From NCBI GenBank assembly GCA_943788985.1, contig CALSSJ010000017.1, positions 1 to 64,000 on the forward strand: 64,000 nucleotides of DNA, written 5' to 3'. This document shows positions 9,222-18,911 of this stretch, in pieces (positions within the stretch are counted from its first letter, which is position 1; every line of letters starts with the position of its first letter). The position numbers and the translations under genes are program-made. The notes beneath the pieces are model-generated. The model was not told the DNA's origin. It was given only the letters and a program-made list of their open reading frames with translations, and ran no database searches. This DNA comes from an uncultured Lentisphaerales bacterium. GTDB taxonomy: Bacteria; Verrucomicrobiota; Lentisphaeria; JABSQK01; UBA12247.

Positions 9222-10103
9222 ATGCCAAACCCATGGACCGGACGCGGGAATCCTTATACCCGCACCGAAATAAGTGATCGTTTCCAAGCGACACTCAAAC
9301 GCGGCGAGGCCATCATTGTGGCTGGCGCGGGCTCTGGCATCTCGGCCAAGTTCATCGAGCGCGGCGGCGCCGATATGATTATCGTTTACAACTCAGGCCG
9401 GTTTCGCATGGCTGGCCACGGTTCAACTGCTGGACTCATGGCATACGGTGATGCCAACGCGGTCGCCATGGAGATCGGTGAGTACGACGTTCTCCCGGTA
9501 GTTGAAGAGATACCGGTGATCTGCGGCGTGCACGCCACAGATCCACGCCGCCGCATGTGGCACTGGCTCGGCAAGGTTAAGGACATGGGCTTCAGCGGGG
9601 TCAATAACTTCCCCACGCACACCATTGTCGATGGGAACTTTCGCAAGATCCTCGAAGAAACGGGCATGGGCGTGGAAAAGGAATACGACATGATCGCCGT
9701 GGCGCGCAAGATGGACATGTTCAGCATCGTCTATGTGCACTCGACAGACGAAGCCAAGGCGATGGCCGAAGCGGGGGCAGACGCGATTATCGCCCATGTC
9801 AGCACCACGGTCGGTGGCTCGATCGGTGTGACCGACGCGGCAATTTCTCTAGGGGCTGCCGCGGAGAAGACGCAATCGATCATCGATGCCGGAAAGTCAG
9901 TTCGCGACGGCATCTTCTATCTCAGCCACGGCGGCCCAATTCTCACGCCTGCTGACGCGGCCTATATCAATGAGCACACCGAGGCGGTCGGCTTCGTCGG
10001 CGCCTCAAGCCTCGAGCGCATCGCCGTGGAGAGCTCGCTGGCAGCATTGACTGAGGAGTTCAAATCAATACCATGCCCAGCAGGGAAGCAGTTTTTTGAG
10101 TAA
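9222..10103 (+). CDS. Phosphoenolpyruvate hydrolase-like TIM-barrel protein (TIM-barrel signal transduction family)
   Basis: GAGSGISAKF.E.GGAD.II.YNSGRFRMAG.GS.AGLMAYGDAN; NFPT; GFVGASSLER; RBS GGAG at 9212. Confidence 0.92.
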   Translation: MPNPWTGRGNPYTRTEISDRFQATLKRGEAIIVAGAGSGISAKFIERGGADMIIVYNSGRFRMAGHGSTAGLMAYGDANAVAMEIGEYDVLPVVEEIPVICGVHATDPRRRMWHWLGKVKDMGFSGVNNFPTHTIVDGNFRKILEETGMGVEKEYDMIAVARKMDMFSIVYVHSTDEAKAMAEAGADAIIAHVSTTVGGSIGVTDAAISLGAAAEKTQSIIDAGKSVRDGIFYLSHGGPILTPADAAYINEHTEAVGFVGASSLERIAVESSLAALTEEFKSIPCPAGKQFFE

Positions 10104-10133
10104 GATGGGCGCAAGGAGAAGGACTTTATTGGT

Positions 10134-11339
10134 ATGGCATCAATAGCAGTATTAGGGACCTTGGATTCGAAGGGTGAGGAGCACGGCTTCGTCGCGGAGC
10201 AGTTGCGGGCGCTTGGCCACACGCCGTTACTCATTGACGTGGGGACGCATGATCAGCCAACGGTTGCCCCCGATATCACGCGTACGGAAGTGGCGGCTGC
10301 CGGTGGCATTGATCTGCCTGCCTTGATGGCACGCGAGGATCGCGGTGAGTGCGTGACCGCCATGTCCGAGTCGATTCCCGTCCTGTTGAAGCAGCTGGCA
10401 GATTCTGGCCGCATTGCCGGAGTGATTTCCCTAGGTGGTGGCGGCGGAACTGCGATCTGCACAACAGCCATGCGGGCATTGCCGATTGGATTCCCTAAGC
10501 TGATGGTTTCGACCTTGGCCAGCGGCAATACGGCGCACTACGTGGAATCGTCAGACATTGTGATGATGCCCAGCATTGTGGATGTGGCTGGGCTAAATCG
10601 GATTTCGCGGACGATTTTTACGCGAGCGGCAGGCGCAATTTCCGGCATGGTCAGCGTCGAGATTGCGGAGTCCGCAGACCAACGCCCGTTGGTCGTAGCA
10701 AGTATGTTTGGCAATACGACGGACTGTATTGGCATGGCGACCGAGATGTTGAATGAGGCAGGGTACGAAGTGCTGGTCTTTCATGCCACGGGCATAGGAG
10801 GCAAGACTATGGAAACGCTCATTCGCTCAGGTATGGTTGCGGGTGTGCTGGACGTCACCACGACGGAGTGGGCGGACGAACTGGTCGGCGGCACGCTCTC
10901 TGCCGGTCCGACGCGCTTGGATGCCGCAGCGGAGATGGCCGTGCCCGCCGTCATCGCCCCGGGCTGCCTGGATATGGCAAACTTCGGCGGTAGGGAGACG
11001 GTTCCCGGCCAATTCGACGGTCGCACCTTCTACATTCATAATCCGCAGGTCACGCTAATGCGGACCACGCCCGCTGAGTGCGCGCAGCTCGGCAAGATTC
11101 TGGCGGAGAAAGCGAACACCTATACGGCACCGGTGAGCATCATGATCCCGCGGAAAGCGATCAGCGTCATCAGTATCGAGGGCCAACCGTTCTACGACAC
11201 GGATGCGGACAGCGCGCTGTTTGCTGCGATTCACAAGCATGCCGCGGTCCCGGTGCAGGATTTCGAGTGCAGTATTAATGACTTCGAATTTGCTAAAGCC
11301 TGCGTCGAGACGCTTCTCGCCCACATGGCAAACTGCTAA
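10134..11339 (+). CDS. Tm-1-like ATP-binding protein (UPF0261)
   Basis: GTLDSKGEE, GGGGGT, ALPIGFPKLMVST, SMFGNTT, VFHATGIGG, HNPQVTLMRT. Confidence 0.93.
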   Translation: MASIAVLGTLDSKGEEHGFVAEQLRALGHTPLLIDVGTHDQPTVAPDITRTEVAAAGGIDLPALMAREDRGECVTAMSESIPVLLKQLADSGRIAGVISLGGGGGTAICTTAMRALPIGFPKLMVSTLASGNTAHYVESSDIVMMPSIVDVAGLNRISRTIFTRAAGAISGMVSVEIAESADQRPLVVASMFGNTTDCIGMATEMLNEAGYEVLVFHATGIGGKTMETLIRSGMVAGVLDVTTTEWADELVGGTLSAGPTRLDAAAEMAVPAVIAPGCLDMANFGGRETVPGQFDGRTFYIHNPQVTLMRTTPAECAQLGKILAEKANTYTAPVSIMIPRKAISVISIEGQPFYDTDADSALFAAIHKHAAVPVQDFECSINDFEFAKACVETLLAHMANC

Positions 11340-11361
11340 AACAAAACAGGAGACACACGTT

Positions 11362-11661
11362 ATGGCTATGAAGCACTACGGCGTATTTCAGTTCAAGGAC
11401 GGCACAACCCAAGCAGACATCGACAGCTGTTTCGCCGCGCTGATGAGCATGGTTGGCAAGATTCCAGGGCTTGAGCACATGTCGCATGGGCCCTACGACA
11501 GCGATGAAGGTCTGAACGACGGCTTTACGCATGGCTTCATCATGACGTTCGACAACGGCGCGTCTCGCGACGCATACTTGCCGCACCCCATTCACGAAGA
11601 CGTGAAGGCCATTGTGGTGCCCCATCTCGAACGCTTCATCGTGTTCGACTTCGAGGTATAG
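11362..11661 (+). CDS. Dabb family (stress-responsive A/B barrel) protein
   Basis: KHYGVFQFK..IPGL..GFTHGFIMTF...RDAYLPHPIH..VFDF; RBS AGGAG. Confidence 0.9.
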   Translation: MAMKHYGVFQFKDGTTQADIDSCFAALMSMVGKIPGLEHMSHGPYDSDEGLNDGFTHGFIMTFDNGASRDAYLPHPIHEDVKAIVVPHLERFIVFDFEV

Positions 11662-11669
11662 CCTACTTT

Positions 11670-11816
11670 CAGGTGTGACGCGTGGCACAGCTCGCCTGAA
11701 ACACCCCCAACTGCAATACGCTCAGGAGTACCTCCACGTGGGACGTACTCCAGGCCCTGCGTCGTCCCTGTTTTGTTTCAGGGGAGCCGTGAACTCCAAC
11801 GTTGGACGTACACCTG
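11670..11816. repeat. Multi-stem palindromic intergenic element (structured RNA or REP/MITE-like)
   Basis: Outer stem CAGGTGT/ACACCTG; 18-nt stem 11686-11703 with 11774-11791; inner GGAGTAC..GTACTCC hairpin; perfect palindrome TCCAACGTTGGA at 11795-11806. Confidence 0.55.
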
Positions 11817-11848
11817 CACCAGAGGGCTGACTTTTAAGGTAAACTGAA

Positions 11849-14800
11849 ATGAGAAAGGAAAAAACTGTGCGCTACCTCTGGTCCCTACTAATATTGCCGC
11901 TGTCGCTGTTGGCGGCAGACACGGTCTCGCTATTTGACGGAAAGACCTTGAATGGCTGGGAAGTCGTGAAGAAAGATAAGCAGTATTGGCGCGTAGAGGA
12001 CGGCACCATCATCGCCGATAGCCTCGGCAAAAAGATGCCTCGAAATACCTTTCTCTTTTCAGCCCAAGAATATGACAACTTTGAATTTCGCTGCCTCTTT
12101 CGCTTGACCGGCGATCCGAAAACCGGCTTGGTCAACAGCGGCATTCAGTTTCGGACCGAGATGCTCGCAAAAGGAAAAGCGAAGGGCTATCAGGCAGATA
12201 TCGGCGAACCGAAATGGTGGGGCTGCATCTACGACGAGCATCGTCGCGGTCTGATTGCGAAGTCAGACGTGAGCAAGCTCAAGCGCACGTTGAAGCCATT
12301 TGGCTGGAATGAGTACGTGATTCATGCCAATGGCCCGGTTCTGACCTTGTTCATCAATGGGATCCAAACGGTGCAGTACATCGAGAAAGATCCCAAGATT
12401 CCGGCCAAAGGACGGTTCGCATTGCAGCTTCATTCCGGCGGAATCTGCCAGATTGCGTATAAGGAGATCACGCTCAAGCCGTTGACCTACGACGGTCCTG
12501 GGGTCCCTACCCTTAAGGCCGCGAATACACCCCTAGCCAAGGACGAGGTGATGTTTGCCGACTTCGAGAGCGGCACCTACGATGGCTGGACCGTAGCAGG
12601 GAATGCTTTTGGCAAAGCGCCGGTGAAGATTTCAGACATACCGAGCTATCAGGGCGACGTAAACGCACGAGGCTCTTATTGCGTAAATAGTCATGCATCA
12701 GCTCTGGGGGAACTTGGCCAGCGCGACCGCGCGACTGGATTGCTGACGTCGGCCCCCTTCACCGTGACACACACCTACATTCGCTTTCTGATTGGCGGTG
12801 GTGCACACGCGAACCAGACCTGTGTGAACCTCATCAGCGAAGGTCAGCAACTTCACACGGCGAGCGGGTCCAGCAATAACAAGATGGCGGAGGCCTACTT
12901 TGATGTGAGCAAGCACAAAGGAAAGACAGTCCAGCTTCAGATTGTCGACAAAGTAAGTGGCGGTTGGGGTAACATTGGGGTCGACGACATCGTGTTTACT
13001 AACGCCAAGCCCAAGGTTGCCAAGGTCCGCAAGCCCGCTCGCAGAAAAAAGAAGACGCAGTCTGAGCGTACCAAAGCCTGGACGCCGGAAGCGCAACTGC
13101 GCGGATTCACCGTTCCCGAGGGCTTTGTGGTCGAGTTAGTCGCCAGTGAGAAAGATGGCGTGATCAACCCGATTGACCTGACCTTTGACGACGCCGGTCG
13201 CTTATGGACCAATACGGCCGGGATGTATCCGCTCGACCCCAATCCGAAGGCGAGTTGGGGCGAGACGCTCAAGTACATGGACAATCCCGACATGCAGTGG
13301 GCAGACGAGCGCTTTCGCACCATCAAAGAGATGTATCAAGGGAAACAGAACGGCACGGATAAAATCCTGATCATCGAAGATCCGACCAGCGCCCCCAAGC
13401 CTGCTACGGTCTGGGCCGACGGCATGACCATACCGCAGAGCTTTCTGCCCTATAAGAACGGCGCCTTTATCGCCCACGGGTCAGAAATGCTGTTCTTGGA
13501 AGACACAGACAACGACGGCAAGGCCGACAAATGGAATACGGTTTTGAGCGGGTTTGGCTATACCGACACTCACACGATGTCGCACTTGCTGGTCCGGGCA
13601 CCAGGTGGTTGGGTGCACTATGCCCATGGCGCGCTGAACAAAGGGAACGTCGTCACGGTAAAAACCGGCGAAACCGACCGGGTGGATTACGCCAAAACTG
13701 GCCGTTTCTCGCTGGATGGCGGTGCGCACGATGTCCTCGTCGCCGGCCTCAATAACATCTGGGGGCACACCCTCCGTGGCAACGGCCAGTGGTTCGGGAG
13801 CGAGGCAAATGATCATGGGCATTCCGTCACCCCTATGGAGCCGGGTACCGGGTACAAGGGCATCGGGAATGCGAAGATTCGCAGCTACCAACCACAACTC
13901 ACGCCGCCACACAAATTTCGCGTCGGCGGTACAGGGCTATCTGGGCTAGCGTTCGCCGATGACACCGCAGAGGGGTTTCCAGCGAAATGGCGTGACTTGG
14001 CCTTCTTGGCAAACCCCATTTCCTGCAAGATCAACGTGGTTCGGGTCGTCCGGAATCCGGACGGCACCGTCACCTCTGAACTGCTCGAGGATTTCCTGGA
14101 CTCGAAGGACGATTGGTTCCGCCCGGTCAACATGCAGTTTGGGCCCGATGGCTGTTTGTACGTAGCCGACTTTTACAACAAGATCATCTCTCACAACGAA
14201 GTCGCGCGCGAGCATCCCGATCGCGATAAGACGCACGGGCGTATCTGGCGCATTCGCTATACCGGCGCCAAGCCACCCAAGACGATCAATTTTTACACGC
14301 TGCCAGCGGAGCAACTGCCCGCACAACTGAAGTCTCCGATTCTGTGGGCCAAGCGTGCTGCTTGGCACCAGATCGTGGATCGGAGCGCGAAGCAGTTAGC
14401 GCCAGCAGTTGCCGCCATTTGTGGCGATGAGTCGCAGGACGAAACCACGCGCATCCTGGCTCTATGGTCGCTTGAAGGCCTGAAGCACTACGACGGGGCA
14501 CTTATGCGCAGTCTCTTGATATCGCCCCTAGGCGACCTTCGTCGTGAGGCAGTGCGGGCCATGGGCAACATGCCGGTGCAACCCGCCGAACTGGCGGCGC
14601 GGCTAACCCCGTTCTTGGCTGAGAAAAACGTCATGGTGCGTTCCCAAGTTCTGCGTACGCTTGCCGATTATGGCAAGGCATCGCCAGCGCTCATTGACCT
14701 GGCCGTCGGCTTTTGTTTGCCCGATTCCAAATCCCAGAATTTGGGCGGCGACTACGAGCGTAAGTTTGAGCGCTACCTGGCGCGCATGGCTTTAGAGAAG

Positions 14801-16096
14801 TATCCTCGTGAGTTGGATCAATACCTGAGTTCTGCATTGGCTGCCAAGCAGCCGACCAGCCATCTGGAGTGGGCGGCGAAAGCCTTGTCGATCGAGGCGC
14901 GAGCCAAGGCCTTTCTCGCCACCTGGCCAACCATCAAGGACAAACCATTAAGCGCAGAGCATTTCATCACGGCCTGTGGATTATTACGAAGTCCGCAGGT
15001 GGTTACAGCGTTGACGCCGGTGCTGGCCGCAAACGGCAGCGAGTACCTCGTGACCATGGCTAACGAACACTTTGCCCAGATTGCATCACCGCAGTTGGCC
15101 AAGATGTTGAAGCCTGCGTGCTTGCGGATGTTGACCAGTGGCGATGCCGATCAAGCGCGCACGGCTGCGATTGCCGCTGACCGTTTGACTATCGACGGAC
15201 TTGATGCAGCAATGGCGGGCCTACTCCCGGGCAAGGGAAATGATCCGGCTTTTACAGCGGCCGCGGTCCATGTGTTGGCTCGGGCTCCCACCGCCCACCT
15301 GGAGACCATAAAATCCGTACTCGCAGCAGATCGTGGTGCAGCGGCACATATTGCTGCACTGGCAGCGCTGGCCGCAGTCGATGCGGAGTCCGCAAAACTG
15401 CTGGCGCCCAAGGTCGCCAAGGGCTTACCTGCGGCCTCGCATGCTGGCTTGGCGCATCGCCTGAGCGGCAGTACCGCTGGCGCACGGCTTGTCCTTGATC
15501 TGCTGGATGCTGGGACCTTGTCGAAAGCACTGGTCGATCGCACCCTGGTGGCGCGAGTGGCAGCAAGTACGAAGGGCGACCAGCGCACAGCAGGATTGCT
15601 GCAGGACCTGCAGGCCGCTCGTGCCGCTCAGGTCAAGGAAGCCCACAAGAACCTTGCTCGCTTTTTGCCAGCAGCTGCCAAGAAGAACACCAACCTCGCC
15701 ACGGGCGGAGCCCTGTTTACCGGGCTATGTTTGAGCTGCCATTCGGTGGGGGGCAAGGGGGCCGGTTTTGCGCCGGCACTCGACGGATCCGCGCATCGCA
15801 ACTCTGAGCATCTGCTCACGGCCATCCTTGATCCGGATGCTGCGATTGAAGGGAACTACACTGCGTACCGGGTCTTTAAGCACGACGGCTCTGCAGTACA
15901 AGGATATTTGGCGCGCGAAGATGCCAGTGGCGTCGCCTTGCGGTTCATGGGCGGCGGCGAAATGGTCATTTCACGGGCGGACATCGCATCCAGCGGGTTT
16001 CGCTCAGGACGATCCGTGATGCCGGCCGGCCTGATCGACGCCTTCTCACCTGAACAGGTGGCCGATCTGCTCGCGTTCATACGGACACTGAAGTAG
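11849..16096 (+). CDS. Multidomain PVC-type CxxCH protein: DUF1080 (3-keto-glycoside hydrolase-like), beta-sandwich, dehydrogenase-like propeller, HEAT, cytochrome c
   Basis: LFDGKTLNGW..NSGIQFR..GYQADIG..WNEY..ALQLH; ADFESGTYDGW..FLIGGG..WGNIGVDDI; VPEGFVVELVASE..FRPVNMQFGPDG; CLSCH..SVMPAGL. Confidence 0.9.
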   Translation: MRKEKTVRYLWSLLILPLSLLAADTVSLFDGKTLNGWEVVKKDKQYWRVEDGTIIADSLGKKMPRNTFLFSAQEYDNFEFRCLFRLTGDPKTGLVNSGIQFRTEMLAKGKAKGYQADIGEPKWWGCIYDEHRRGLIAKSDVSKLKRTLKPFGWNEYVIHANGPVLTLFINGIQTVQYIEKDPKIPAKGRFALQLHSGGICQIAYKEITLKPLTYDGPGVPTLKAANTPLAKDEVMFADFESGTYDGWTVAGNAFGKAPVKISDIPSYQGDVNARGSYCVNSHASALGELGQRDRATGLLTSAPFTVTHTYIRFLIGGGAHANQTCVNLISEGQQLHTASGSSNNKMAEAYFDVSKHKGKTVQLQIVDKVSGGWGNIGVDDIVFTNAKPKVAKVRKPARRKKKTQSERTKAWTPEAQLRGFTVPEGFVVELVASEKDGVINPIDLTFDDAGRLWTNTAGMYPLDPNPKASWGETLKYMDNPDMQWADERFRTIKEMYQGKQNGTDKILIIEDPTSAPKPATVWADGMTIPQSFLPYKNGAFIAHGSEMLFLEDTDNDGKADKWNTVLSGFGYTDTHTMSHLLVRAPGGWVHYAHGALNKGNVVTVKTGETDRVDYAKTGRFSLDGGAHDVLVAGLNNIWGHTLRGNGQWFGSEANDHGHSVTPMEPGTGYKGIGNAKIRSYQPQLTPPHKFRVGGTGLSGLAFADDTAEGFPAKWRDLAFLANPISCKINVVRVVRNPDGTVTSELLEDFLDSKDDWFRPVNMQFGPDGCLYVADFYNKIISHNEVAREHPDRDKTHGRIWRIRYTGAKPPKTINFYTLPAEQLPAQLKSPILWAKRAAWHQIVDRSAKQLAPAVAAICGDESQDETTRILALWSLEGLKHYDGALMRSLLISPLGDLRREAVRAMGNMPVQPAELAARLTPFLAEKNVMVRSQVLRTLADYGKASPALIDLAVGFCLPDSKSQNLGGDYERKFERYLARMALEKYPRELDQYLSSALAAKQPTSHLEWAAKALSIEARAKAFLATWPTIKDKPLSAEHFITACGLLRSPQVVTALTPVLAANGSEYLVTMANEHFAQIASPQLAKMLKPACLRMLTSGDADQARTAAIAADRLTIDGLDAAMAGLLPGKGNDPAFTAAAVHVLARAPTAHLETIKSVLAADRGAAAHIAALAALAAVDAESAKLLAPKVAKGLPAASHAGLAHRLSGSTAGARLVLDLLDAGTLSKALVDRTLVARVAASTKGDQRTAGLLQDLQAARAAQVKEAHKNLARFLPAAAKKNTNLATGGALFTGLCLSCHSVGGKGAGFAPALDGSAHRNSEHLLTAILDPDAAIEGNYTAYRVFKHDGSAVQGYLAREDASGVALRFMGGGEMVISRADIASSGFRSGRSVMPAGLIDAFSPEQVADLLAFIRTLK

Positions 16097-16097
16097 G

Positions 16098-16838
16098 ATG
16101 CGAGTCGGCCTGTTTATTCCCTGTTACGTCGATCAGTTCTTTCCCAGCGCTGGAATGGCGACGGTCGAACTGCTGGAGAACCATGGTTGCGACGTGGCCT
16201 TTCCCGAGGCACAAACCTGCTGCGGACAGCCCATGGCAAACGCCGGCTGTAGTGGCGATGCCGCTGCAGCGGCACGTCATTTTGTGGACACCTTTTCGGG
16301 GTACGACTACGTGGTGTCCCCCTCGGGTAGTTGTGTCGCGATGGTCAAGCACCAGTACCCAAAAATCGTGGGCAACGCCGCTTCGAGCGTCGTCTCAAAA
16401 ACCTACGAAATCTGCGAGTTCTTACTCGACGTCGTCAAGGTCACCCAGTTGCAGGCAAGCTGCAGCAAGCTTGTTGCCATACAAATGGCCTGCCACGGCA
16501 CGCGTGAGCTACGCTTGGCGACAGGGAGCGAGCGTCCCGCACTTCCGACCTTCAGCAAGCCACGGCAATTGCTGGAAATGGTAGACGGCATGCAGCTCGT
16601 CGAACTACAACGCCCCGACGAATGCTGCGGCTTCGGCGGCCTGTTTTCAATTGACGAAGTCGACGTATCCTGCGCGATGGGCGATGACAAACTCTCCGAT
16701 TTTCAACAGGCCAGAGCAGAGTTGGTCGTGTCCACAGACATGTCCTGTCTCATGCATCTTGGCGGCTTGTCGTCGCGACAGGATCGTGGCCTAAAATTTG
16801 CGCACATTGCTGAAGTGCTCAACGGTGACTGGGCATGA
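16098..16838 (+). CDS. lutA: L-lactate utilization Fe-S protein A (LutA/YkgE)
   Basis: LFIPCYVDQ, QTCCGQP, PSGSC, ECCGFGGLFS, DMSCLMH. Confidence 0.9.
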   Translation: MRVGLFIPCYVDQFFPSAGMATVELLENHGCDVAFPEAQTCCGQPMANAGCSGDAAAAARHFVDTFSGYDYVVSPSGSCVAMVKHQYPKIVGNAASSVVSKTYEICEFLLDVVKVTQLQASCSKLVAIQMACHGTRELRLATGSERPALPTFSKPRQLLEMVDGMQLVELQRPDECCGFGGLFSIDEVDVSCAMGDDKLSDFQQARAELVVSTDMSCLMHLGGLSSRQDRGLKFAHIAEVLNGDWA

Positions 16839-18193
16839 AGCATCCGGAAGCAGCGGCAGGATTTGTGGCGGACTCCGCAAAGTCATCGTGGCACGACCAG
16901 GCACTCTGGGGCGTGCGTACAAAGCGAGATGCTGCAGTTTCGGCGATCCCGGAATGGGAAGAACTGAGAGAACAGGGTGCACGGATTAAGGCGTGGTCGT
17001 TGGCGCACTTGGATGATCTGCTGGTGCAGTTCGAGGCGCAGTGCCAACAAAACGGTATTGTGGTGCATTGGGCTGCGGATGGGCCGGAACACAATCGAAT
17101 CGTCCACGGAATTCTGGCGAAGCACAGAGTCAAAAAGCTGGTCAAGAGCAAGTCAATGCTGACCGAGGAATGCCGCTTGAACGAGCACTTAGAAGCACAA
17201 GGCATGGAGGTGATCGACACAGATCTTGGCGAACGCATCGTGCAACTGCGCCACGAGCCACCAAGTCATATCGTGCTGCCCGCGATTCACCTGCAGAAGG
17301 AAGAGATTGCGGAGACCTTTCACAAGACGATGGGCACGCCTGCGGATATGACCGATGAGACGGAGTTAACGCGCGCGGCACGGAAGGATTTGCGCGAACG
17401 CTTTCTGCAGGCCGAGGCGGGCGTCACGGGCGTAAATTTTGCGGTTGCCGACAAGGGGATAGTCGTGGTCTGCACGAATGAAGGGAACGCAGACCTAGGC
17501 GCAGGCTTACCAAGGCTGCACATTGCCTGCATGGGGATTGAGAAGATTATCCCGAAGTTCGACCATCTTAGCGTCTTTACCCGCTTATTGGCGCGCTCCG
17601 CAACCGGCCAGCCTATTACCGTGTACACCAGTCATTTTCACAAGCCCAAGCCAGGGGGCGAGATGCACGTAGTGATTGTCGACAACGGTCGTTCGGCACT
17701 ATTGGGCCGCAAGGATTTTCGGCGGTCGTTGGGTTGTATACGCTGTGGTGCCTGCATGAACACCTGTCCGATTTATCGGCGCAGCGGCGGTCATAGTTAT
17801 ATGGCGACAGTGCCTGGTCCAATTGGTTCCACGCTGGCTCCCAGCAAGGATCCCAAGACACATGATTCGCTGCCATTTGCCTCGACGCTGTGCGGATCAT
17901 GCACAGACGTCTGTCCCGTCAAGATCGATCTGCATCAGCAGCTGTTGGCCTGGCGTGGTGAATTGGTGAAGATGGGGTACGGGGATCGCAAAAAGATCAG
18001 GTCCATGAAGCTGGCCGGCAAGGTGCTGTCGAGCCCAACCTTGTATAAACTGGCAGGAATCGGCGCCCGCATCGCCTTGCGAGGCCCACGTTTTGTCCTG
18101 CCGAGTGAGGCAAAAAAATGGTTAGCCAATCGTGATCTTCCACCGGTCCCCGAGGAAAGCTTTCGTGCCCGCTATCGGAGGCACCAGAAATGA
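16835..18193 (+). CDS. lutB: L-lactate utilization protein B (LutB/YkgF)
   Basis: VKSKSMLTEE, DTDLGERIVQ, NEGN, CIRCGACMNTCP, STLCGSCTDVCPVKI. Confidence 0.93.
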   Translation: MKHPEAAAGFVADSAKSSWHDQALWGVRTKRDAAVSAIPEWEELREQGARIKAWSLAHLDDLLVQFEAQCQQNGIVVHWAADGPEHNRIVHGILAKHRVKKLVKSKSMLTEECRLNEHLEAQGMEVIDTDLGERIVQLRHEPPSHIVLPAIHLQKEEIAETFHKTMGTPADMTDETELTRAARKDLRERFLQAEAGVTGVNFAVADKGIVVVCTNEGNADLGAGLPRLHIACMGIEKIIPKFDHLSVFTRLLARSATGQPITVYTSHFHKPKPGGEMHVVIVDNGRSALLGRKDFRRSLGCIRCGACMNTCPIYRRSGGHSYMATVPGPIGSTLAPSKDPKTHDSLPFASTLCGSCTDVCPVKIDLHQQLLAWRGELVKMGYGDRKKIRSMKLAGKVLSSPTLYKLAGIGARIALRGPRFVLPSEAKKWLANRDLPPVPEESFRARYRRHQK

Positions 18194-18687
18194 CCGAAGC
18201 TAGAACATCTATCTTGGCAGCATTGCGGGAAAATCGTCCCAAGGGCGAAGCAGACCTGGTACTTGAGGACATCGCCATTCAGTACGAGGATCCGTTTGTG
18301 AGCTTCTCGGCAATGATGAAAAAGAACGGTGGGTTGGTGGTGGCGATGGACTCTGCGGACTCCGCAGTTGCGGACTTCGCAAACCGTTGCGGGCCGGATG
18401 GTGTGCTTTTGGAAGGCGAACTTGCCGTGGCTGAGAATGCCGCCATTTGGATCCCCTTCAGGGATGAAGCGGAGCGCGCACGGCCATTTTTGGCGGAAAC
18501 TTTGGCCGTCATCGTCCGACGCGCTGATATTGTCAGCAATATGGCGCAGGCATACGCACGAATTGGGACGGGCGAATTGCCCGGCTACGGCGTCTTTATG
18601 GCCGGGCCATCAAAGACTGCGGATATCGCCCAATGCCTGGTCATCGGCGCCCATGGCCCCATCGAGTTTGTGACCTATCTCGTCTGA
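18190..18687 (+). CDS. lutC: L-lactate utilization protein C (LutC/YkgG, LUD domain)
   Basis: AVAENAAIW, GPSKTADIAQCLVIGAHGP. Confidence 0.9.
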   Translation: MTEARTSILAALRENRPKGEADLVLEDIAIQYEDPFVSFSAMMKKNGGLVVAMDSADSAVADFANRCGPDGVLLEGELAVAENAAIWIPFRDEAERARPFLAETLAVIVRRADIVSNMAQAYARIGTGELPGYGVFMAGPSKTADIAQCLVIGAHGPIEFVTYLV

Positions 18688-18911
18688 GCCTGGCGCTTCA
18701 CCCCACTCCCCTGCAGCTGAGCCCCGGGCGAATGGCAGAAGTCAGTCGACGCCCGCAGCAACGTGGCGCAGATCTGCGCGCTGGGTAATGCGTATCCTTG
18801 CTGGGCAAAGGCGGCGTTTGCCACGGACGAGATTGTCAGGGGCGGGTGGCAAAGGGCCCGTTTGGATTTATAGCATGTTATGAACTGGCGGTTTTAATTT
18901 AGAGACACGCA

